NCBI GenBank assembly: GCA_030637655.1 | Contig: DAOWGI010000090.1 | Coordinates: 1 to 64,000, forward strand | Source of the DNA: a candidate division FCPU426 bacterium | GTDB lineage: Bacteria > Oederibacteriota > JAAXVQ01 > JAUVAV01 | DNA: 64,000 nucleotides | Reading direction: 5' to 3' | Shown: positions 1-12,000 of the stretch, piece after piece | Numbering within the stretch: the stretch's first letter is position 1 | How the letters are laid out: every line of letters begins with the position of its first letter | The notes under the pieces: model-generated | Seen by the model: the letters and a program-made list of their open reading frames with translations, nothing else | Told to the model about the DNA's origin: nothing | The model's database searches: none | Translations under genes and position numbers: made by a program

Positions 1-1
1 A

Positions 2-3000
2 CTGGCCGGGGATGGTGCGGATGAGGATGGATACGGCGTTATTGGGCGCAATGAATTGCGCCCCTACGGCGTCTTTTGCAAAGACGCTGTCTGCCGGGGC
101 GAGGATGATTTCAGGGCCGGTTGCTGTCATGCCGTCTTCATTGGCGACGAGTTCGCGGCCTTGCATGATGAGATTGCCGTCTGCGTCTTCGAATACATTG
201 AGGATTTGGACGTTTTGTAGAGACGCCCTATAGGGCGTCTCTACCTTTATACCAAAGATACTGTTCCATAAACCGGATATGCCCTTGCTCACTGAATTAA
301 TTGTATTAACTATTCCCTTTCCTATCGCTGCAAACAATCCGCCTATTGTTTCAAAAATATTGCCTGATTTTACGCTTTGTGTACTGCTGTCTGAAGGCTT
401 TTTCATCATCAAATGCTGTTTCGCTTGTGTCCCTGAAACAGCGTCTCTTCCGGCTGTTATTGGCTTTTTGGTTATATTAGCGCTTGATATTTGCAGGTGT
501 GATCTGTTTGGTTGAGATAGGTTTGGCGGCTGATTTTGCCCGCCGGTTATATTGCCCGCTCCTGGGCCGGGGTCTGAATTGAAATATGAGGGGACTTTTT
601 CTTCGTCGTCTGAGATTTTTTCCCGCTGTTCTATAGCTGCACCGGGGTTATGGACTGGTGAGCCTCGCACTACGCCGGCTTCCGGCAAGGCAAGTCCTGC
701 GCTTATTTTTTTCTGCCCCGGTTGGGGTTGCGCGCCCGCAATTTGGGCCACTGCTTTGGTGGTGCCGCCTACCAGGGCGCCGGTGGCGACTGCTATGCCT
801 GCGGCTTTGATTAAAGACTTGTCCGCAGATTTCGCAGATGACACAGATAGGTCAGCGCTTGTCTTTGAGGTCCGGGAAGCGGTCGAGGGCTTCGGTACGT
901 GTGATTTTGGTGTAGACAGCATGTTCGTAGTGGCCTTCACCTTCGATGGTTTTAAGCCAATATTGTCCACAGATTTCACACTGCTTGAGATATTCGTATG
1001 ACTTGTTAAAAGTGATTTTTTTGAGTTCACTTGTAAGTCCGTCAAAGTCTCTGTGTTCTTGTTTATTTGATTTTTTGTCACCTTCAAAACGTCCGATGAT
1101 GTCTCTTTTGAGATTACAGCAGTTGGTTTCCATAATATTTCTTTTCCTCCCTTATCTGTCAGCTTATAGACTTCAAGTATTTCACCGCCCTGGGATTGTA
1201 CATCTTTGATAGTGCCATTGTCCATTACCCATTCTCTAGCACCACCTTTGGTCAGGTTACCACCTTCCTGGTTATAATTCTTGAATCCTTTGTGATGGGT
1301 TGATTTCGGTGTTTTCAAGCTATCGCCGGGAAGCTTCATCACGATTACTACATTGGCGTCTTTTCTTAATACACCATCTGTTGTTTTTAAGGCTAATCGT
1401 TTACCCATTTCTTTTCCAGTGCGAACATCTGCAATATCATCTAATGCTGCTACAAAAACATCTTTACTTTTTGGATGTGATAGTTTTTCACCTGACTTAA
1501 CAAAATCCCATGAATCACTATCAACCACTCTCGCATACAACCCATTCTCCGGCTTCGTAATTTTAAGGATGCCAAGTTTACGTAAGCTCGACTGAACCAT
1601 GAATTTGGCTTTATCTCCAAACTTAATCGGATTGGTTTTTAGATTTGAGGCAAATTCTTTTATGCCTTTCCACTGTCCATCTAATGCTTTAAACACTTTT
1701 ACAAATGCTTTGTTCTCTGTAAACAGGGTCTTGAGTGCTGCTTTGAATTCATCGGCGTGTTTATATATTTTCGGGCCAAAGGTGAACAGGCCGATCAGGG
1801 GGACAAAGCGGACGCCGTTGAGTCCGAGATTGCCCCAATCGCCTAACTTCTTGCCTTGGTTCTGAACCAGGTTTTTGATGGCCGCACCGATGTCTCTTAT
1901 GTCACTTCCCTGATCTGCTACTGGTACAAAGTTCATGGCGATCTGGCCGATGATGGTCCAGGCATTGACGGCGCCTTCTTTGATAAAGTCGCCCAGTGAT
2001 GCGCCTTCGAGCAATCCGGCCATTTCTTCGGCTATGCCGAGTTCTTTGGCCATGGCTACGACTTCAGGGGCGATTTGTGCGATGTAGCCCCAGATGTGGT
2101 ATTTGGAGGTGAGGGCGTCGGTGACAGCAACTGTAGATTGTTGGGCAACCGCAAGGGTTGCCCCTACGGTTTTATCACCCTGATCTTTTAATCCCGCGAA
2201 GGATTTGTCCAATGCGTCTGCGGGCAAGGCATGCCTTGCCCCTACTGGTTTGCGGTTGGCGTCGAGGGCAAGGGCGGTTGTTTGGCCGTTTTTGTCGGTG
2301 CGGATGAGGATGGATACGGCGTCAACGTTTTGTTGTAGGGAACGGTCGCGACCGTTCCCTACGGTGGTGTTATTCATAACGGTTTTTGCGAATGCAGAAT
2401 CTGCCGGGGCGAGGATGATTTCAGGGCCGGTTGCTGTCATGCCGTCTTCATTGGCGACGAGTTCGCGGCCTTGCATGATGAGATTGCCGTCCGCGTCTTC
2501 GAATACATTGAGGATTTGGACGTCCCCACCATCCGGGATGGTGACAAATATCTTGGCGTCTTTGACATCCAGTTCAAAGCCCATGGTCTGGGCTTGTTTG
2601 GCAAGCGCTGCCATATTGAGGGCGTCCTGCATGTCTACAAGCTTGCTGGTGAGCATGGCCGGGTCCTGGTCATTCATGACAGGGAGTGAGGCTATGATAG
2701 TGTTTTGTTCGTCTGTGGTGAGGTCGTTGAAATTGATGACGTCAATGTTGTTTTGGGCAACCGCAAGGGTTGCCCCTACAAAGACAACGACCTGTTCTTT
2801 ACCATCTGCGGATTTGGTATACACGTATCCGATCTGACCTTTTTCATTACTTGATATTTCCCGGGTAATCGTCTCACCAATTGTTTCCTGGTACACAATG
2901 CGGTTTTGGGCAGGTTTGAAACCTGCCCCTACGAGGACGTCGAGAACTTTGCTGCCGGACATGCCGGTAAATTTCTTTATAGTAAAATCTGCTACTGACA

Positions 3001-6000
3001 TTGAACCATATTCACCATTCTTGCCTGTGAATACTTTTCCTTTAGCCAGCATGCCTTCGGCTAAGTCATCGTAGTCATAGACCAGCATCTTCATGGTGCC
3101 GTCTGCCAGTAGGGATTCGCTGACCAGAGCTTTGCCTTCTGCGTCCATATAGACCTGGCGTTTACTTTTCCCAACTTCTTCGACATACACACTTTCGGCT
3201 TTGTCGAGTTTTTCAGCCACCATATCGTTGGTGATCCGTTCTTTGGTCTTTTGCATGGCAGCTTTGAATTCCTGTGAATTGCTCTTGGCAAAGGTAAAGC
3301 TGCCGGCCGGCGTGAGCTTATTTCCCACCAGGCGGAATATCCGGCCGGTGACCACAGAAATTTTGCCGTCATCTCCATATTTGAAATCAAAGGTTCTTAC
3401 TTCCTTTTGACCGGCTGCGTTCATCATGGCTGATGCTTTCAGGGTATCTCCGTCAAAGAACAATACCATTTCTTTGCCATTTACCATGACGGCCATAGCC
3501 TCAAGATCAGCATTGCCGAGCAGGCCTTTGATGGTTTTAATCTCTTCGGCATTAAATAAAATTGATTTATTTAATTTTTCAATGCCCATGGTTTTGAGTA
3601 ATGCTTCTTTATCTGCTGCCGAGAACTCGCCATCTTCTGTCATTTCTTTGATCAGCATGAAGAATGATTGACTATCATCTGCTGATATTGTTTTGTCGGC
3701 AATAGAGGTATCTTGGGTCTTAACAGCTTTGGCATCTGTGGATTTGGTTGCAAACATTTCTGATAGTTCACAGCCTGCAACTGTCAGGCCATCGGCCATA
3801 TTATCAATTTTGATATCATTAGCCAGATCCATGACAGTCTGTTGATAGACTGCTTGCACTCGTTTGTCTTCATTCAGTTGGCGTAATTCATTATCTGCTG
3901 ACCGGGCATTAACACCTGTTTTGATGGTATAGGTTTTGGCACCTGCATTGTTCCGAACATTCAGTATAAAACCTTGTTTAAAACCTTGGGATAAGACACT
4001 CATTAAATGAGTAGCAAAGTTTTGCTTAAATAATTCCGGTGCTGTAAATGGCCCCACTTTATTTGCGTTTGCTGCTTTACTTGCTGTTGAAAATCCATTA
4101 CTAGCCACACTTATTGCTGTCTGCAAGATTACTGAAGTCAATACCTGGCCTTCAAAACCCATGACTTCATCCAGTAAAGTTGCCACCGCAGTTGCCACCA
4201 AGGCACCGACAAATAATAGGCCAATCTCAAGTAAATCAGTTGTATATTGGGGCTGACCTTTGTTTCCGGTTCCACCACTACTAAACCCGGCTGCAATGGC
4301 TAATCCGGCAATCAATAATAACTGTCCGGCGTCCTCCACACCTTCGATTGCAGCGGCACCAACATTGATCGCTGTGATCAATAGCACTTTGCCAACAAGG
4401 TCCATCCCACTGCCTCGTATCGCTCCAACAGCGCCACTGACAGCTCCGGCTGCGGCTGCTTTCCATAACTCTGCATTATTGGTCACGCCTTGTAATAAAG
4501 CTTTGGCAACTGAGACTATTGCAGTAGCTGCCATACGAGCGGCTATGGTCACTGCTTGTTGTATTGCGTCACTTGCAGCTTTTAATCCGCTGCCAATACC
4601 CATGGTTGCTATTTGAGCACCTAAATTGATCACTGCATTTCTAAAGCTCTCACCAAACTCTGTACTAAGTAATGCCCCTCGAACCAGTTCTACTACAAAG
4701 CTTAATGCTAATCCAATGGCCGGATTTATGAACGTGGCGACTATTTGGACTGCTGTTAGTATTAAACTAAAGAACTGACCCCAATCCGATAATCCGGCTC
4801 CTTCGAATTCTCCGATTTCAGTTGTTATATCCGAAGCTTTTTGTGTTGCTTGATTATTGAGATTGCCATAGGCGTCGTAGACATATTCATTGCTGCCGCG
4901 GGAGCTTTCTTCGTGGGGATTTATTTCCGATTCATTTTTATCATAGATAAGTCTATAGATACCACCGGAATCGCCTAAGTTCCATGCGTCTCGAGCACTG
5001 CTAATATATCCCAGGGTTGCTTCCTGACGCTCTCGCCATTGAATTGCTCTGATTATACTGGAATTCGACGGCGCATCGCCTACATGGAGATAATATGTTG
5101 TATTGCCGCTTGTCGTTGAAATCTTGCGCTTATTGTCATAATAGCTAATGCCCGATAGCTTCTCATTACTATCAGTTTGGTTGTGATCTGTACTTCTCGA
5201 TTTACTGGATGATTCTATTGCCCGTCCATAGCCATCAAATTTGTTCACACTATTCCTGGTTGCCGTGCCTACCAAGGCTACAACTGAGCCCACTGTTTTT
5301 GCTTCCGGATTATTTCCTGTTGTCATCCAATAAATAGTCGATTTTTTTACTTGCTCGGTATAGGTCCATGAGCTTACTTCTCGTCCATGCCGGTCATAGC
5401 CGATGTCATTCTGGATATAGGCAAATGATATAGTTCGGTCTTCTTGCTTGAATTGTCTTTCATCATCAGGGATATTCGCTTGATCTTCCCAGGCAATCCC
5501 ATCAACTGCTTGTTGATATTCACCACCCAGCAATTCCCAATTGCCATAAGTAACAAGTTTAGTTTGTGGATGAGTTGTTTTCGTACGATAAAAATAGGCA
5601 TTGTCTATCACCCAATCCCAATGGTCGCCTGTTCCACCATTAATAGTAACTTGCTGCCCGGCCAATCGATTGCTATTAGTTTTGTAACGTTTGTCAGTAG
5701 TAACAATCACATCGCCATTGGTCCAGCCGCTGTCTAACCCGGGTATTTGTCCCCCGCCATAATTACTCCAGAGACGGTTTTCTGTTTGTTGCGTCATCAA
5801 TTCATCATCATTGTAGCTCGTGGATGTGACTAGTGTTGTGATTTTGCTTTTTTCTTCATATTGATCATATAAATTACTTAAAACGTCCCTGACCGTTTCA
5901 CCCAAATCCGAGCCACTGCCTCCAAGGTAACGGTTGATCAACCCACTCAGGGTTACATTGCTAAGTTCAGTATTATTACTATCTTTTATATCCGCCCAAG

Positions 6001-9000
6001 AACTGTTAAGCACCTGGTCAAAGATATTTTTAATACTTGTTCCATCAGCCTCATGGGTGAATATCCTAAAGAGAATCTGGACTAATGAAGACTCCAGCAT
6101 GCCCGCGTCACGTTCATCGCCATAGTTTGTGTTGGGGTCATCATCAAGATTATAGGCAACTTGCAGGCTGAATATTTGTGCTAATGTAAGATCCATTAGA
6201 TTGTTGGCCGGATCCACATTATCCATATAGGTCAATCCATCAATTAATTCATCGGCTAATTGATTTACCTGAGCTTCAGTGAGACTATTGTTCGCTGATT
6301 TGAATGCTTCTTTTAATAATGATTTTAATACACTACCCAATGATTGATTCGCATAGGCAGGATCTGCCTTAACTAACTCCATGATGTTCATATCAGCTAA
6401 AGGATCGCCACCGAGGGTTGCTTCTTTTGCTGTCCAATGATCTTTGAGCAAGGCAAAGACAATGGTAGCACTGCTTAGATCACTCAATTTTATCTCTTCA
6501 TTGCCGCCTATAGGTATATTGATTTCATTGGGTGCAAAGGTGGCAACCAACGCGTTAGCGGCTTCCTTGGCCAAGCTTGCAGCAGCTTCAGGTGTTTCAT
6601 TTTTGGATAGAAAATTCGCCTGGATGCCTTCAAACAACACATCATAAATCATGCTATACACATCAGAAGTCACCAACTGATTAGTATCCAGTGTTGACAT
6701 GATTTGATCTAATGATAGATTGACCAAGGCTTGATTATTGCCATCAACTGCCAGGGTAAAATCATCGACATTAATCTGTGCTAACTTTTCTCGATTTGGA
6801 TTGTTTTGGTAATACTCCTGTTTGTACTGATCAAGCTGACTAATGGTATTGTAGGTCGTCCAGTATCGTTCTGTGTTAATGGTAGTGCCGGCCATTATGC
6901 CGCTTATATCTTCTTGATATGTTTTTTGTGAAAAGCTGAACTGTCTGCCTAATGAATCATAGCTGATGCTACTTTGTTCCATAATCATGATTCGATCAGC
7001 AGCGCCACTATCATTATAGGTTTTGGTACGTTGGTTTGTAACTTGACCTAACTCATTGTAGGCTTGATTGATAGATTCCTGTCGATAAGTACGATCTATA
7101 TTTAGCGTGGCATTGGTTTCAGTAATTCTTTTTTGCTCAGTTAACAGACGATTGCTTTGATCATAAGTATTGCTTTTTATTGATTCTTCTGTTTTGACTT
7201 CATCTCTTTCAGTTGTTTCTTTCTTTTCCTTAACAACCTGATCCAGCCAATTATAGATAATATTTTTGCGAACTATAGTATAACTGCGATTAAGATTATC
7301 ACCTGTATCCGTGAATTGCGTATTGCTGTAAACCAGATTGCCATAATTATCATAGCGCTGATCCGCTTGGCTTAGTTCTCTGGTGCCGCGATTATTCTTG
7401 GCAGTGGTTCGGTCAATACGGAGAATTTGATCGTCTGAATTATAGGTATTATTGGTGGTTACGGTATAACCAAGAGCGAGACTATTAATGCCAACTAACT
7501 TTGGACAATCGGCAGGTTGAACAGACGTGGCATTATCAAGCCTGCCGGTTTCAGCAAAAACACTTATTGTCTTTTTTATTTGATTGAGCTGATTGTATTC
7601 GACTGTTGCAGCATTTTCTACAATGGTTTTTACCGGCTTTACAACCGGCGGCCGATTGGTTGGATTGTTTTGTAAATACTCGTCTGTCGATTTGCGATAG
7701 CTGGTGACACGACTATCTTGATCAAAACTATGATTCTCAGTGGTCACTATAGTGTATAAATGTAAATCAGCACCATCATTAAAACTATCCTTTATTTCTT
7801 CCTTGGTCGTCATATTGATAATGCGGCCTAAGTCGTCATATATGATTGATTGATTAACAATCTGGATGGTGCGTTTGCCTAATGCATCTGTGGTTTTGTG
7901 ATAGGTCAGCAGTTGTTCTTGACTGTTATACACTTGATCAATAACTGTTTCAGTAGTTACCCGTAATTTGTCGGTTGTTGTTCGGGTATAATCTTCTACC
8001 TGACCAAACTCATTATACTCATCATTGACAATCGACAGGCGATAGCCATGATCCAGATTGTCTCCTGTTTCATGAATGACACTGTTTTGTTGCTTAACTA
8101 ATCCATTTTCATAAATGACATTACTAACTGTATCTGAAGTCACACGATTATTATCAGTAGTTGTCTTGGTATAACCACTCATTTGACCAAATGCATTATA
8201 GGTCGTATTGTCGGTCTCCACATCATAGCTATGCTTCAATACGCCATTACCACAGTCACCGGTTTCAGTGAAACGACTATTGGAATAAGCTAATTGCCCA
8301 TTCAAATTATACGTCATATCAGCCAGTGATTCTTCTTGAGTGGTTTTTAATCCTGAAACTGTTTCTTTCTCATAGGATTTCATCTGACCTAAATTATTAT
8401 AGTCGATTGATTTGGTATCAGTGGTATAGCTGCGATTGAGTTGAGCGCCTTCGTTACTTGTTGAAATATTCTCGAATTTAATACCTGTCAGTTCATCCGT
8501 ATCAAGAACACGATAGTTGATCAGAGAAGCTTTCATTTGTCCTTGCCCGTTGTATGCCAAGGAGGTCGCTTCTTCAATGGTGGTTTTAGCACCTGCTGTT
8601 ATGACTTTCTTATAACTTTCAACTTGGTCCAAATTGTTTAGGCTATTTTTTCTTTGGATTGATGTTATCCGACCATTGATATTACGATCTGTAATGGTTT
8701 CAATCACATTGCCTTTAGCATCCATATCTTCCACCTTGATGATATCAATGGTCACACTAAGATCATCTGTGGTGGTTTTGGTGGTAATTAAAGCGCGATC
8801 CCAGGTATCAAACAATTGGGTTTCTATAATCGTGTTATAGCTGTGATTAAGTAAGGCTGCGGTGGGATCTTTTTCAGTAATTTGGCTCTCAACGCACGTC
8901 ATCCGACCTTGATTGTCATAAACTATAATATCAGCACGCTCAATGGTGAGTTTAACTTCACCGGCTTCTTGGCGAGTACGGGTATAACCGGTTAATACAC

Positions 9001-12000
9001 CATTTTGATAACTATTATCTGTTGTAACCCTATAACTATGATTCAAATCATGAATAAGCTTTTTATCTTTTTCATTAAACGCAATTTCTGAATGACTCAA
9101 TCGTTCATCATTATCATAGTTCAGGTTAGAGGCGGTTTCAGTACTAATTTCATGATCATAGATAGTCTGCTTTTCGTAACCGCTGACCTGGCCAAATAAA
9201 TCATACTGATTGGTTAATACAACATCATACTTATTGTAATAATCAGCATTTTGGCCATCCCGGTCTTGCTCAACAACATGAAAGATTTTTTGTTTGATCT
9301 GTCCTAATGAATTGTAGCTAATGTTAGAACTGCTCTCGATGGTTTGTTTCCTGCCTTCAGTCCTGGTCAACGCATACCCGGTATTTTGACCCAACAAATT
9401 ATAGTCTGAATAATCAGCAATTTCCGTCCAACTTTTACTATAAATGCCGGCAACAGATTCAGTATAGTCAGATTCCTGATGCGTCACCTGACCGGCTGCG
9501 TCGAATGTAGCCTTGGTTACATGATGCTCAGTTACTTTATTATCTTTGGTGGTGGTTACTTGATATTGATCAGCCAACCCCTGATCATTGTAATGGCTAT
9601 TAATGGTATCAATTTTGTAGGTTGATAGATGATCTTCTGATAGGCCGTTTATTTTATACAGGTTGATGATGGCATGCTTAAATGTAATTTGATTGGCGCC
9701 ATTATAGGCAAGCGCAGACTTTTCAATCGTTTTTCTCTCATTATCAATAGTAGTGGTAATTTCATATTCAGGCTGATAATCTGCAGGATCAACAGGATTA
9801 GCTTTATAGATGTATATGGTATTACGCTCATATTTTCTGTTCAAATTACCGCCACTTTCAGTAATGATCTTATTAATAGTTGATAACAAACCATTGCTGT
9901 TAGAGTAGGTCTGTTTGATAATTTCTTTAGTTATTTTTTGACCAACAGTAGTCGTTACTGTTATATCAGCCATGCGTCCTATTCCATCATAGTGATCAAC
10001 TTGCAGCACTTTTGTGGTTAAATGTGTATCTAATCCAACTGTATCAGTAATCACCAATGTCCGATTTTTTATACGACCATGACTATCATAGGTGATATTG
10101 CTTGCTGTCTGGCTGGTGATTTTGCCGGGTGTATAGGCACTGTTGATGGTTTCAACATAGCCGATTAGTTGACCGGTATTTTGATCATAGGTCATAACAT
10201 CCCGCACAGTTGTAGTTTTGTACAAATCTTTGTTCCAGTTAATAGTTGTTGTTTTGGATAATCGTCCGGTACTGTCATCATAGCCCATATCCACTTCTTC
10301 AAAACCAAGTTGACCGGCTAAATCAGTACGATTGGTTTTGGTGTTGGATAATTTGCCATTAGTATAACCGTATTCACTATTCTCTAATGTTTTTCGACCA
10401 CCACCGGTATAGTCCATAAATCCATCCTTAGGTGAGGTTGATATAACAATTTCATTATTAATATCCAGGTAGATTTCTTTACTAGTACTTTGGAGTTGAT
10501 TCTGCGAATAATTAAACTCAGTTTTTTCAACACTAATGACCCCGGCCGGATCTTGTTTAACAGTAACAGAGTGGCTAACAATACCTCGACTGTCATAGGT
10601 TAATTTTGAATCTTCAATATTCTTAAGCCCTTTACTCTGATCATAAGTCAGCTTATTGTCAACAAGGCCAATGCCTTGTGGCTGACCGATTTTGATAGTG
10701 CGGGTAGCAACCGGCTTGCTATCCTGGCTACTAGCTCCATAGTAATAATAAGTGTCTTCCACGGTGTCTATGCCGGTAGCATCAGTATGTACTTTGATAG
10801 TCCGATTAGTTCTTGAAGCATCAGCTTCATAGAAAAATTCCATCAAGTCGGTTTCGGTTCTCGTGGCATTGGTAAGATCAGCTACCTGCGCTTCACAAAT
10901 GGATTTCAAATCAACAGTTGGCGTTAATTCATTTTGAATATTATTAGCCAATACTTTAAAATCCTTGGTGCTAATATCGTCAGCAATTCTTTTGACAGAG
11001 CCATAAGTTGATGTCGTCAGGGTTCTTCCAAACACATCCTGATTGCCGGTATGTTTATACGTTTCTACCTTGGTGTATTCCGCTATCCAGGTATTATTAT
11101 CATCCTCTGATTTGGTTAATTTGTATAATTCATTAGCACGTTTGGCATCATCATAAGTGAAAAAGGTATAGGTTTCAGTCTTAACACCATTAGCGCCTTC
11201 ATGAATTTCATGGGCGGCTATCTCTTTGCCATCTGTACGGTTGACGGTGTGCAACCTACTTGAAGATGAGTTGCGATTAACAGCCAAATTAACTTTGCCA
11301 TCAATCGGCGTGATGCCGTGTTTCAGTCTTAATTGTAATTCCAGTTTGGACATGTTCCAGGTCTGCATATCACCACGGTCAGAATATTTAATATTGCTCA
11401 TCTGAGTATAGGTCACAAAGTTATTAGGAAATAAACCGACTTGATCATTGTCGATCATATCGCTCTTGTTATCACGCGCGACTTGCCAGGCATTGAGTAC
11501 TTCTGTTTTATCAGCCACATCTTGCCATAACGTAAATGCACCATTTAAGATAAGACCATTACCGTCAAGCGTGATTTCATCAAAGGCTTTAGCTTGATTC
11601 AATGAATTAAATGAGGTATTTAATCTCACCGTGGTGTTGATTGTGTCCAGCGGTATACTGACATCAAGATCTTCGACTTTGTAGTCCTGACCCTTAGCAC
11701 TAATGGTGGTTGTTTCAGCAATGGTCCCGGTTGCAACGTCAATGACGGCGATCTTTTCACTATCAATTAATGAACCAAGATCAATCACATCACCACTGTC
11801 ACGGATAATCAAATCACCTGTCCCCAAGGTATCATTAAATGCTTTTAGCTTGTCAGCATTAGCAGTAGGTCCGGTGCCGAAATCCCGGCCTTCAAATGTA
11901 GCTTTCAAGAGTATATCCAGTTCTGTGACCACAGGACCTAACATCCTGGCCGACCCTATCCATGATTTCATTTGACCATTAGGATCATATTGAACATCAT

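Larger units (their letters stand above)
44..2932 (-). repeat. Seven intragenic REP-like GTAG palindromes (CTAC ends at 67, 244, 2167, 2245, 2362, 2779, 2932)
   Basis: 24-28 bp hairpins, e.g. gtagagacgccctatagggcgtctctac and gtagggaacggtcgcgaccgttccctac. Confidence 0.9.

Noticed and set aside
14-2523. Repeat A pair as a DGR template/variable repeat
   Set aside because: Differences are block substitutions at palindromes, not adenine-specific, and there is no reverse transcriptase in the window.
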